A stretch of DNA of 55,104 nt from Pseudomonadota bacterium. GTDB lineage: Bacteria; Desulfobacterota; JADFVX01. Made by a program: the position numbers and the translations under genes. The stretch lies in assembly GCA_015222755.1 (NCBI GenBank), contig JADFVX010000064.1:1-55104 (forward strand), given 5' to 3'. This document shows positions 1 through 8,972 of this stretch, piece by piece. Below the pieces are notes generated by a model that had not been told where the DNA came from, made no database searches, and saw only the letters and a list, made by a program, of their open reading frames with translations. Within the stretch, counting starts at the first letter, position 1. Each line of letters begins with the position of its first letter.

Positions 1-84
1 ATGCTTCCCTATTGTGACAAGGTCCTGAAGATTGTTGACGGAAAGATAGAGATGACGGCAAGTCCTGAAGGCGGGATTATATAG
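1..84 (+). CDS. 3-prime end of a CDS entering from upstream (27 codons, ...KVLKIVDGKIEMTASPEGGII*). The tail resembles the C-terminus of ABC-type ATPase subunits.
   Basis: The frame is open from base 1 to TAG at 82-84. It is absent from the ORF track because it is truncated. The similarity is judged by eye only. Confidence 0.3.
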   Translation: MLPYCDKVLKIVDGKIEMTASPEGGII

Positions 85-262
85 CAGATTGCGGGGCGGC
101 TGGAAATTGAACTTGCATATTTCAGAGTTAATCCAATTGCCAATAATGCTTAAAAGAGCATTTCAGCGTAGAGATCGCGGAAAAGTGGGAATTTGAACTA
201 AAAAATAACCAAAGATAAGGAACTTAAAAATCCAGTAAACGTCTATATCGTTCTATTAAAAA

Positions 263-370
263 GTGATGCTCCCCGCCTACAAGGCGGGGCATCCGAGTAA
301 GGATGATTTACAATTTTTATAGCTGCCATTCACCCCCGCTTACAAAGCGGGGCACCCTGACAGCTCCTCG
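263..370. repeat. Double-hairpin intergenic repeat, copy A (partner at 3573-3726)
   Basis: Hairpin 1 is CCCCGCC-TACAA-GGCGGGG (271-289) and hairpin 2 is CCCCGCT-TACAA-AGCGGGG (334-352). The first 55 nt differ from copy B at only 2 positions by hand alignment. Confidence 0.8.
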
Positions 371-415
371 TGGAGAGGATTTCAAAAAAATAAAAAAGTG
401 AACGGGAGAATAAAG

Positions 416-838
416 ATGAAAAAGAGTGTATGTACCATTGCAATGATTGGATTACTAAGCGCAAGCGGGCAGGTTCTGGCGGCAGAAGGCTCTCAACCCG
501 GCGACAACGCCGTCCAGGTGGAGATGAGGCTTCTGGACAAGGCGTTCAAAAATGCCGTCGATGGTCTTCTTCTGAATATGCCGGAGATCATAGAGGGACC
601 TTTCCATAAGGTCCACAAAGCGAAGATGAATACCGAAAAGGCGATAAAAAAAGGGGCAATCAAGCTGCCGAAAAACAGCGACAAGCTTAATGAATTTGTC
701 GAGCTGGACGAGGCCTTTCATGAAAAGCTGGTCGGTCTTCTAAAGGCATCTCGGAAAAAGGATATGAACGCAGTCAAAAACTCTATACATGAAATTATGG
801 ACGGATGTGTCCAGTGTCATAATAAATTTAAAAACTAA
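416..838 (+). CDS. Periplasmic class-II (cytochrome c-prime/b562-like four-helix) c-type cytochrome
   Basis: ATG at 416 follows GGGAGA (404-409). There is a signal peptide (MKKSVCTIAMIGLLSASGQVLA). A single CxxCH (CVQCH) lies at the extreme C-terminus of a ~120-aa helical protein, as in class II cytochromes c. Confidence 0.7.
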   Translation: MKKSVCTIAMIGLLSASGQVLAAEGSQPGDNAVQVEMRLLDKAFKNAVDGLLLNMPEIIEGPFHKVHKAKMNTEKAIKKGAIKLPKNSDKLNEFVELDEAFHEKLVGLLKASRKKDMNAVKNSIHEIMDGCVQCHNKFKN

Positions 839-853
839 TATAAGGAGATTGAG

Positions 854-1336
854 ATGAAAAAAAGATTGCAGATAAGTTTATTGATTTTAGTGATTGCAGC
901 AGGAGTTGCCCATGCAGAGGAAGAATCGATTTCACCTCATATGATGGAGATGATGAAGAAAATGGGGGGGGCGAAACCGGATGAGCGGACAGAGTTGAAT
1001 ATCCCGGCACCGATGAAGGTAATGCAGAAGCGGATGATGCGTAAACATCTGGATACTATCAGTGAAATTACGGCCGCACTGGCCGCAAATGAGCTTGAGC
1101 AAGCGGCAAAAGTAGCCAGAGAGAGGCTTGGCTGGTCACCGGCAGAAGAAAAAAGGTGTAGCATGGTGGAAAAGATGACCGGTGAGGCCGGGTTTACAAG
1201 CTTCGGCATGGCGGTCCATAAAAAGGCAGACGAGTTGGCAGATGCGGCTCAAAAGGGAGACCGAGACAAGGCGATGGGCCTACTGTCGGAGCTTATCAAT
1301 AATTGCAACAACTGCCACAAAACCTTCAGACATTAA
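854..1336 (+). CDS. Periplasmic class-II c-type cytochrome with a Met-rich N-terminal region
   Basis: RBS AAGGAG sits upstream and the signal peptide ends AHA. The C-terminus carries CNNCH. Met clusters HMMEMMKKMGG and MKVMQKRMMRK are present. Confidence 0.7.
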   Translation: MKKRLQISLLILVIAAGVAHAEEESISPHMMEMMKKMGGAKPDERTELNIPAPMKVMQKRMMRKHLDTISEITAALAANELEQAAKVARERLGWSPAEEKRCSMVEKMTGEAGFTSFGMAVHKKADELADAAQKGDRDKAMGLLSELINNCNNCHKTFRH

Positions 1337-1350
1337 AAAAGGAGTACGAC

Positions 1351-1779
1351 ATGAAAAAAAATGGGACTTTATTTTTGGCTGTTACTGGAATAATTTTGTT
1401 CGGATCAATTAATCTGCATGCTGGGGAATTTTCAGATTATTCCAACGAGGAACTTATACAGAAGAGAAGCGATATGCAGGGAATGAATGAAGAGGATCGC
1501 AAAATTTTTCGTGAGGAAATGCAAAAGCGGATGGGAGATATGAACAAAGAGGATCGCCGCCAATTTTTGAAAGAAATGGGTGCCAATGTAAGTCGTCCTG
1601 AGCAAGCTACAGACCGAGACTCTGCTGAATCAACTAAACGTAGAGAGAGGAGTAGAAATTATGATGAAGAACAAAAAGAAACAATGAAGAGTGAAAGAGG
1701 CTCCAAAAGTGGAAAGCGAGATGGTTCCGGCAAGAGTGGCGGTGGTATGAGCGGCCGCAGAGGTAGTGGGGGGCGGTGA
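1351..1779 (+). CDS. Secreted charged protein with a Gly/Arg/Met-rich tail; short paralogue of 2889-3548
   Basis: ATG 1351 is preceded by AAGGAG (1339-1344), so the ORF-track start at 1303 is probably too early. It has a signal peptide. 56 of the first 84 residues are identical to the 2889 product by hand alignment. Confidence 0.7.
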   Translation: MKKNGTLFLAVTGIILFGSINLHAGEFSDYSNEELIQKRSDMQGMNEEDRKIFREEMQKRMGDMNKEDRRQFLKEMGANVSRPEQATDRDSAESTKRRERSRNYDEEQKETMKSERGSKSGKRDGSGKSGGGMSGRRGSGGR

Positions 1780-1812
1780 TTTTAATCCTTAATCATGCAA
1801 AATCAGTTTTTG

Positions 1813-1840
1813 TGCTGTCGGGAGTTTCCTCCCGGCAGCA
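1813..1840 (+). terminator. Stem-loop downstream of 1351-1779 (12-bp stem with one G-U, loop TTTC, no clear U-tract)
   Basis: The sequence reads TGCTGTCGGGAG-TTTC-CTCCCGGCAGCA. Confidence 0.3.
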
Positions 1841-2000
1841 AGCAAATTGCCAGCATATTAGTGCTAGGAGCTAACTCCTGCCAACACACACTAAATCGAC
1901 AAATGGCAGAAAAGACATTGCGGTGAAAAATGGGGGGGCATTAGCCTCCCATACCACGAGCTTATTGAATCATATGCTTCAAATGGAACTGGAGAGTAAA

Positions 2001-2807
2001 ATGAATAAGCAAGCTTATATGCAGCTGAAAATCTTAATTAAAGTATTAATTGCTCTATGCATAGTAACAATATCAGGAACCTTTGCATATGCTAATATCC
2101 AAACTCAAGGGTCTCCAGCGGGTATTGTTGTACCTCCGGAGGTTAATTCAAACTCTCTTTACTCCAGCAATAATAGAGAGTCAAAGCTCTCGGAACAAGG
2201 CATGTCTGGATTTGTCACACTTGATTCCAGTCAGACCTCAGAAAACAATTTAAAATATGCCGAAGCCTTTAATGACCGGGGGATTGTCTACGCAGAAAAA
2301 AAACAATTTAATCTGGCAATCTCTGAGTTCAACAAAGCACTAGAAGCTCACCCTGCCTATGCCACTGCCTACAATAACCGGGGTATTACATATGCAAAAA
2401 CGAGGCAATTTGATTATGCAATTTCGGATTTCAATAAAGCACTAGAAATTCGCCCTATCCATGCTGATGCCTACAAAAACCGTGGTACTGCCTACGCAGA
2501 AAAGGGGGAATTTGATTACGCCATCAGAGATTTTAGCAAAGCCGTAATACTTAAACCGGAATTTGCAGACGCCTACTTTGGCCGGGGTCTTGCCAATGCA
2601 GCAATAGGACAACTAGATTATGCAATTCTGGACTTTAATCAGGTAATAGAGATTGCACCGACACATACTAAAGCTTATGTAAGCCGTGGAATTTTGCAAG
2701 TGCGCTTGAGTCAGACAAGTAAGGCTTGTTCAGACTGGGAAGGTGCTTGTAAATATGGGGACTGCTATTTTATCAAGAAAGCAAAAAAAGATGATCTTTG
2801 CGAATAG
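2001..2807 (+). CDS. Secreted tetratricopeptide (TPR) repeat protein with a Cys-rich C-terminus
   Basis: ATG 2001 follows GGAGAG (1991-1996) and a signal/anchor segment is present. There are about 5 tandem 34-aa repeats of the form A.AY.NRG.AY....F.YAI.DF.KA...P. Confidence 0.75.
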   Translation: MNKQAYMQLKILIKVLIALCIVTISGTFAYANIQTQGSPAGIVVPPEVNSNSLYSSNNRESKLSEQGMSGFVTLDSSQTSENNLKYAEAFNDRGIVYAEKKQFNLAISEFNKALEAHPAYATAYNNRGITYAKTRQFDYAISDFNKALEIRPIHADAYKNRGTAYAEKGEFDYAIRDFSKAVILKPEFADAYFGRGLANAAIGQLDYAILDFNQVIEIAPTHTKAYVSRGILQVRLSQTSKACSDWEGACKYGDCYFIKKAKKDDLCE

Positions 2808-2888
2808 AATGTTAATCGCCACTGCATAGGTTAATGGTCATCGGGTAAAGGAAAGGTCCAGAAATATGATAAAAATAGGGAGTGCTAT

Positions 2889-3548
2889 ATGAAAAGGAAT
2901 GTGGCTCTATTTCTGGCTGTTGCTGGAATTATTCTGTCTGGATCGGTCGATCTACAGGCCGGGGAGTTTTCAGGTTATTCCAACGATGAGTTGATACAGA
3001 GACAAAGCGAGCGACAAAATATGAACGAAGAGGGGCGTAAAGCCTTTCGTGAGGAAGTCCAGAGGCGGATGAAAGAGATGAGCGAGAAAGAACGCCTCCA
3101 ATTTCTGAAGGAGATGGGTGTTGATGTAAGTCGTCCTGAAAAGGGTAAAGGTTCAGATCGGGTCTCTGCCAGATCGACTGAACTTGATAAGGTCATGGGC
3201 GATTTGAAGGGACGTCTCAGCTTGGCCGAGAACCAAACGCTGGAAGTTCGCAAAATTATTAAAGCTTACCTCGATAAAAAGCAAACCCTCATGGAGGAAG
3301 CCAAGGGACAGGACCAATCGGCCAAGAGGAAACTCAGGAGTGAGATGCAAAAGCTTCGAGAGGACACTGAAAAACGCCTTGCAAAGACACTGACCTCTGA
3401 GCAGTTAGAGAAGTATAGAAAGTATGAGGAAGAACAAAGGGAAACAATGAAAAGCGAAAGGGGTTCCAAAGGTGGAACCCGCAGCGGTGCTGGTAAGGGT
3501 GGACATGGTGGTGGTATGGGTAGGCGAGGCGGCGGAATGGGCTGGTAA
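2889..3548 (+). CDS. Secreted Spy/CpxP-like (LTxxQ motif) protein with a Gly/His/Met-rich tail; long paralogue of 1351-1779
   Basis: It has an RBS (AGGGAG) and a signal peptide. A ~75-aa insertion relative to the paralogue carries LTSEQLEKY. The tail is GGHGGGMGRRGGGMGW. Confidence 0.7.
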   Translation: MKRNVALFLAVAGIILSGSVDLQAGEFSGYSNDELIQRQSERQNMNEEGRKAFREEVQRRMKEMSEKERLQFLKEMGVDVSRPEKGKGSDRVSARSTELDKVMGDLKGRLSLAENQTLEVRKIIKAYLDKKQTLMEEAKGQDQSAKRKLRSEMQKLREDTEKRLAKTLTSEQLEKYRKYEEEQRETMKSERGSKGGTRSGAGKGGHGGGMGRRGGGMGW

Positions 3549-3572
3549 ACAAAACGGCCATTTCTCTTTGTT

Positions 3573-3726
3573 GTGATGCTCCCCGCCTACAAGGCGTGGC
3601 ATCCGAGTAAGGTTGATTTACAATTTTAGCTTCGCAGAATCGCATAAGGAAGGATTTCTTTAAAATCTTGATTTTATAGCGGCCCTTCTCCCGCTTACAA
3701 AGCGGGGCATGCTGGCAGCCCCTCGT
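3573..3726. repeat. Double-hairpin intergenic repeat, copy B (same orientation as copy A, with a ~45-nt internal insertion)
   Basis: It contains the same two TACAA-loop hairpins; hairpin 1 has one stem mismatch (GGCGTGG). It abuts the stop codon of the minus-strand ABC exporter. Confidence 0.8.
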
Positions 3727-5507
3727 CAAGCTAACTCTTCCAGCTCCTTCTCCATCTCCTGACGCCGGAAAAAGGAGGTGTATTCCCCCCCTTTTTTAAG
3801 TAGTTCCGAGTGAGTGCCCACCTCTACGATCTTCCCTTCCTTTATAAAGGCTATCCTGCCACAATTCATCACCGTAGAGGCCCTGTGAGATACTATTATA
3901 CAGGTCTTTTTCTCCACAAACTTTCCCTGAAGGGATGAGAGTATCTTTTCCTCCGTGGCAGTATCGAGACTGGAAAAAGAATCATCCAGTATCAGTATTC
4001 CTGGATTACCGACGAGGGCGCGTGCAAGTGCTGTCCTTTGCCGCTGACCTCCAGAAAGGGTGAGCCCTTTTTCTCCTACTATGGTATCGAACTTATCAGG
4101 GAAGGCAAGCACATCATCGTAGAGGCTGGCCTCATGTGCAGCTTCCTCCATTGCCTGGGAGTCGCCCTGACCGCCGAAAAGTATGTTTTCGGCAATGGTG
4201 GCGGAAAAAAGATGACTGTCCTGCGGGACATACCCTATCTGACGCCTGAGCACTGCCAGCGGTATATCACAGATGTCCTTATCGTCTATAAAAAGCTCAC
4301 CTCGCTCGACTTCATAAAGCCTGGGAATCAGGTTAAGCAGAGTACTCTTGCCAGAACCAGTAGGGCCCACGAGGGCAAAGCGCTCACCTGCTGCTATTGT
4401 CAGGTCTATTCCCCCTAGTATTTCCTGAGACTCAGTGCCCCTTGACGGGTCTTTATAGGCGAAAGTAAGACCCCTGAATTCGATCTTGCCGGCGAATGCG
4501 GCTTCTTCAACGCCGTCTGACTTAACATCGACAATAGTGGGGCTGTAGTCGAGTATGGTATTTACGCGGTCCAGTGCTGAGAGTCCGCGCTGGATGACCG
4601 TAATTATCCATCCAAGACCAACGGTGGGCCAGATAAGTATGGCTGCATAAGCCGTAAAGGCGACAAAGTCGCCCAGGCCGATACGGCCTGAAACAACGCC
4701 CTCTCCCCCCTTCCACAGGATTATAAGAGTTGTAAGGGAGCCGAGGGCCGTCATGATGGTAAACATAACGGCTCTCAGCCTTGCAAATCGGATGTTTTTC
4801 TCCCGGTAATCGCTGTTCAGGCCGTCAAAGACGGCCTCCTCCCGACCCTCCATGGCAAAGGCCTTGACGACAGAGATGCCACTAAGGTTTTCCTGTACCT
4901 TAGAGCTTATTTTGCCAAACTGCTCCTGTACCTCCTGAGAGCGTTTGTACATTGAACGTGTAAGAAAACGGCTTATGACTATTATGACGGGGTAGGGCAG
5001 GAGCGCATAGAAGCATAAGATGGGGTCCAGAAAAAACATTGCAGGTATTATGACAAGGTAGACAATACAGCTGTTGGTGACTTGCAGAAAGCCAGGCCCC
5101 ATAAGCATCCTCACTGCGCTTATATCGTTTGTGGCCCTCGAAATCAGGTCGCCTGTTTTAAGATTATCAAAGTAGGATGGGTTCAGCCTTTGCAGGTGTG
5201 AAAAAAACTCGCCTCTAAGATCATATTCCACACGGCGCCCAATGGAATATACCACTGTCCGTGACGTTACCCGAGTCACTCCCTGTAGCAGAGCAATACC
5301 TGCAATAAGGCCGCAAAAAAGAAAAACATCATCAGATCGGCCATATTCGAGGGATTCTATAGCCCTTTTCACAAGCCAGGGAATGAGGGTGGTGAGGGCA
5401 ATAGTGGCAACTATGAAGAAAAAACCTGTCAAAAAATGCCAGCGGCACCGCGAAAGTACTGTCTTTAGATGGCGAAAACGGGGCTGTTGTGATTTAGCGG
5501 AAGGCAC
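3726..5507 (-). CDS. ABC exporter, fused permease/ATPase (MsbA/MdlB-like)
   Basis: 593 aa with a 6-TM N-terminal half. Motifs seen: Walker A GPTGSGKST, signature LSGGQRQR, Walker B ILILDD. Confidence 0.9.
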   Translation of the reverse strand: MPSAKSQQPRFRHLKTVLSRCRWHFLTGFFFIVATIALTTLIPWLVKRAIESLEYGRSDDVFLFCGLIAGIALLQGVTRVTSRTVVYSIGRRVEYDLRGEFFSHLQRLNPSYFDNLKTGDLISRATNDISAVRMLMGPGFLQVTNSCIVYLVIIPAMFFLDPILCFYALLPYPVIIVISRFLTRSMYKRSQEVQEQFGKISSKVQENLSGISVVKAFAMEGREEAVFDGLNSDYREKNIRFARLRAVMFTIMTALGSLTTLIILWKGGEGVVSGRIGLGDFVAFTAYAAILIWPTVGLGWIITVIQRGLSALDRVNTILDYSPTIVDVKSDGVEEAAFAGKIEFRGLTFAYKDPSRGTESQEILGGIDLTIAAGERFALVGPTGSGKSTLLNLIPRLYEVERGELFIDDKDICDIPLAVLRRQIGYVPQDSHLFSATIAENILFGGQGDSQAMEEAAHEASLYDDVLAFPDKFDTIVGEKGLTLSGGQRQRTALARALVGNPGILILDDSFSSLDTATEEKILSSLQGKFVEKKTCIIVSHRASTVMNCGRIAFIKEGKIVEVGTHSELLKKGGEYTSFFRRQEMEKELEELA

Positions 5508-5520
5508 GCTTAGCTAAGAA

Positions 5521-8019
5521 CTATAGTCCCTGACGGAAGAAATCGCCCGGTTCCGGGGCCACTTCTGTTGCAAACTGGGTGGGCTGGGTTCCTTCTTTAA
5601 AGGATTCGAAAAATACGTCCTCCTGCTGGGAGGGCGGAGCAAGCAGGCCTGTCTTGGTATCGATGCGGGAGAAGGTTATCTCTGGAGGAACGGGAAAATC
5701 CTCCACAGGTTTACCCTCATAGGCCTGCTGCATAAAATCAACAAAGATAGGGGCTGCAGCACCAGAACCTGTCTCATATTTTCCAAGAGGTGCCTCCTGA
5801 TCGAAGCCTACCCATGAACCGGCAGCGAGGTCAGGGGTGAAGCCTATAAACCAGGCATCGAAGAGATCATTAGTCGTCCCTGTCTTGCCGCCAACCGGCC
5901 GCTTGAGCGCCTTTGCACGCCACCCTGTGCCATGCTCGACAACACTTTTAAGAATGCTGGACATAAGATAAGCCGTCTGCGGACTGATCGCATGGCCTGG
6001 TGGAATATTCCGGAGGCCCGGAGGCGTCTTGTCCTCTTCAGGGGCAGTATCCTCTCCTGCCTGTGCAGTCTCAGGCGTTCCTTCAATTACAGGTGCAGGC
6101 AAACCAGGAAGCTCTTGCGGCGCATGTTCTTCCAGTATATTCCCCTCCCTGTCCATGATCTTTGTTATGAACACAGGCTTGTTATGTTTCCCCGAGGCGG
6201 CAAATATGCCATAGGCCGAGACTATCTCCTGAAGGGAAAGCCCTGATGAGCCCAGGGCAATGGAAAAGTCCCGGTTCAGATGGCTGGTAATGCCCATGCG
6301 ACGGGCATAGTCGATGACATAGTCGATGCCGAGTGTCTGCATTATCTTGATAGTAACGACGTTTCTTGACTTTGTCAGTGCAGTCCTCAGCGTAGTAGGG
6401 CCATAGAACTTGTCCTCATAGTTCTTCGGTTTCCATGTGAAATCATCCTCGTCACCCTTGTAGATTATGGGAGAGTCCATAATAATGCTTGCCGGGGTGA
6501 AGCCGTTATCCAGTGCGGCAGCATAAACAATCGGCTTGAAGGCAGAGCCCGGCTGGCGCCTGGACTGAACTGCACGGTTAAACTTGCTCTTTGCAAAATC
6601 AAAGCCGCCTACCATGGCCCTAACGTAGCCATTCCTGGGGTCTATGGCCATTGTCGCTGCCTGTACCAGCGGTTCCTGGTAAAGAGAGAGATCGAGGAGG
6701 TCCCCTTTTTTCAAGCTTCCCTTGACTTTTACCTTTACAAGGTCGCCAGGGGCAAAGACTTCCGCAGGGTCTTTGACGCTTACCTCAAAGGAAGCTATTT
6801 CAGGGTCGGGCTTTCTTGCCCACCGGATGTCTTTCAGCGGAATACGTCCAAGCGTTTTTTCACCGAGCATTACTTCCGTATAGAGTTTTTCACTGTTGAC
6901 CTCTACAATGATCCCCTCATAGATTTCGCCCTCTTTAACGGGGGCCTTTTCCAGTTTTTTCTGAAGCGCCTCTAGCACCCCGGCCCTTTCAGGTTCTTCT
7001 ATGTGCCTGACTGGCCCACGATATCCCTGCCTTCTGTCAAGGGCAAGAAGCCCTTTCTTAAGAGCGGCCTGGGCCTTTTTCTGCATATCAACATTGACGG
7101 TCGTTTGCACAATCAGGCCATCCTTATACAGCCTGTCAGCACCATAATGGCTTTCCAGGTATCGCCTTATATGCTCGGTGAAGTAAGGTGCAATCTCCGT
7201 ATTTATATTGCTAAGGGGAAATACCTCTATGGGCGTGTTCATAGCGTCAGTGGATTCGACAATGTTTATATAGCCCTCATCTGTCATGCGCTTAAGCACG
7301 TAGTGTTGCCTCTCTCTGGCCATATCGGGATTGGTGGCGGGAGAGTATTTGCTGGGGGCCTGTGGAAGCCCTGCCAGAATGGCCATCTCGGCAATAGTCA
7401 GTTCATCCACGTTTTTGTGAAAATAGCTCTGTGCCGCTGCTTGCACACCATAGGCACCATGGCCCAGGTAGATCTGGTTAAGATAAAGGTAGAGTATCTC
7501 ATTTTTTGAAAAGTTTTTTTCTATCCGGTAGGCAAGCACAGCCTCTTTGAACTTTCTCGTATAGGTCCTTTCCGATGAGAGAAGTGACTTTCCCACCTGC
7601 TGTGTTATGGTACTCCCTCCCTGTACTACACCGCCTGCCTTGATATTCTTTATAAAGGCTCTGAATATACTGAAAAAATCCAGCCCTTCATGTTCAAAAA
7701 AACGGTCATCTTCGGCGGACACAAAGGCCTGGATGAGTAGGGCCGGTACTTTGGAGATGGGGATGACCTCCCTTCTTTCTGTGGCAAACTCGCCTATTTG
7801 GATGCCTTCATCGGAGTAGACCTTGGTAATTATATTTGGTCGGTAGTCTGCAATGCTGTCTACAGGTGGGAGATCCCTGGTCATATAGTAGTAAAGACCT
7901 GCTCCTGAAAGCATAGAAATAAGAATTAGGAGAAACATTAAGCGAAGAAGAAAAGTCTTAAACCTTTTTCGACCGTCTGACTTAAAACTTCTTTTCTTGA
8001 TAGCGATAGATTGATTCAT
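5521..8019 (-). CDS. mrcA: Penicillin-binding protein 1A (bifunctional glycosyltransferase/transpeptidase)
   Basis: GT51 motifs EDDRFFEHEG and GGSTITQQ are present. Transpeptidase motifs SAFK, SRN and KTGTT are present. There is an N-terminal membrane anchor. Confidence 0.92.
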   Translation of the reverse strand: MNQSIAIKKRSFKSDGRKRFKTFLLRLMFLLILISMLSGAGLYYYMTRDLPPVDSIADYRPNIITKVYSDEGIQIGEFATERREVIPISKVPALLIQAFVSAEDDRFFEHEGLDFFSIFRAFIKNIKAGGVVQGGSTITQQVGKSLLSSERTYTRKFKEAVLAYRIEKNFSKNEILYLYLNQIYLGHGAYGVQAAAQSYFHKNVDELTIAEMAILAGLPQAPSKYSPATNPDMARERQHYVLKRMTDEGYINIVESTDAMNTPIEVFPLSNINTEIAPYFTEHIRRYLESHYGADRLYKDGLIVQTTVNVDMQKKAQAALKKGLLALDRRQGYRGPVRHIEEPERAGVLEALQKKLEKAPVKEGEIYEGIIVEVNSEKLYTEVMLGEKTLGRIPLKDIRWARKPDPEIASFEVSVKDPAEVFAPGDLVKVKVKGSLKKGDLLDLSLYQEPLVQAATMAIDPRNGYVRAMVGGFDFAKSKFNRAVQSRRQPGSAFKPIVYAAALDNGFTPASIIMDSPIIYKGDEDDFTWKPKNYEDKFYGPTTLRTALTKSRNVVTIKIMQTLGIDYVIDYARRMGITSHLNRDFSIALGSSGLSLQEIVSAYGIFAASGKHNKPVFITKIMDREGNILEEHAPQELPGLPAPVIEGTPETAQAGEDTAPEEDKTPPGLRNIPPGHAISPQTAYLMSSILKSVVEHGTGWRAKALKRPVGGKTGTTNDLFDAWFIGFTPDLAAGSWVGFDQEAPLGKYETGSGAAAPIFVDFMQQAYEGKPVEDFPVPPEITFSRIDTKTGLLAPPSQQEDVFFESFKEGTQPTQFATEVAPEPGDFFRQGL

Positions 8020-8207
8020 GGCAGTTAGGACTCCGGCCCCAAATAGGACAAATGAGGTAAATTAACAGATGTAATGGCCTTAAATCAAGGTAATTTAAAA
8101 CAAAAGAGGCTGTAAGCATAAAGGGCAATAAGATGTTTTCTCTTTTAAAAAGAGTGGAACTATGGTATTTTCCCAAACTGTTTCTTAGGCTTAAAAAGGT
8201 TCTATTC

Positions 8208-8972
8208 ATGGGTAAGAAAATAGCAATAGCCAACCAGAAGGGGGGCGTTGGAAAGACAACAACCGCCGTCAACCTTGCTGCCTCTCTTGCTGTTGCAGAG
8301 AAAAAGACCCTGCTTGTCGATATTGATCCGCAGGGTAATGCCTGTAGCGGCACTGGTATCGACAAGGAAAGTCTTGAGTCCACCCTCTACGATGTCATAA
8401 TCGGCGATACACCTATTAAAGAGATAATTAAAAAGACGGAGCTTTCCCACCTTGATATCGCCCCGTCAAATGCCGATCTGGCAGGAGCGGAAGTGGAACT
8501 TGTGGGGGCCTTCGCCCGAGAAGGCAAACTCAAGGCCGCCCTCGAAGAGATCTCGGACGAGTACGATTATATAGTGATAGACTGTCCCCCCTCACTGGGC
8601 CTTCTAACGGTAAACTCCCTGACTGCATCGGATTCAGTGCTTATACCCCTGCAATGTGAGTTTTATGCTATGGAAGGGCTTAGCCAGCTTGTCCGCACTG
8701 TAGATCTGATAAAGCAACACCTGAATCCGGAGCTATATATAGAAGGTATATTGCTGACCATGTTTGATAAGCGGAACAATATCTCACATCAGGTAGCCCA
8801 GGATGTAAAGGAGCACTTCGAGGGGAAGGTTTTTAAAGCGATGATTCCAAGAAACGTCAAGTTAAGCGAGAGTCCAAGCTTCGGCAAGCCTGTGCTGCTA
8901 TACGATATAGGCTGTACAGGTGCTTCCAGCTATCTGGATCTTGCAAAAGAGATAATGTACAGGAGAGATTGA
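8208..8972 (+). CDS. parA: Chromosome partitioning ATPase ParA/Soj
   Basis: The deviant Walker A KGGVGKTT lies right after ATG 8208; the ORF-track start at 8133 adds a non-conserved leader. It is followed by parB. Confidence 0.92.
   Translation: MGKKIAIANQKGGVGKTTTAVNLAASLAVAEKKTLLVDIDPQGNACSGTGIDKESLESTLYDVIIGDTPIKEIIKKTELSHLDIAPSNADLAGAEVELVGAFAREGKLKAALEEISDEYDYIVIDCPPSLGLLTVNSLTASDSVLIPLQCEFYAMEGLSQLVRTVDLIKQHLNPELYIEGILLTMFDKRNNISHQVAQDVKEHFEGKVFKAMIPRNVKLSESPSFGKPVLLYDIGCTGASSYLDLAKEIMYRRD

Noticed and set aside
263-370. Possibility that the TACAA-loop hairpin repeats are a CRISPR array or integron attC sites
   Set aside because: There are only two hairpins per locus with irregular spacing. 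There are no cas or intI genes and no GTTRRRY/RYYYAAC core sites that I could see.
3334-3729. 131-aa minus-strand ORF overlapping the Spy-like gene and repeat copy B
   Set aside because: It is antisense to a well-supported secreted-protein gene and reads through the hairpin repeat. It is not credible.
8020-8207. Search for a parS centromere site near parAB
   Set aside because: I found no sequence close to TGTTTCACGTGAAACA by eye in the intergenic region or in parB. parS may lie outside the window or be degenerate.
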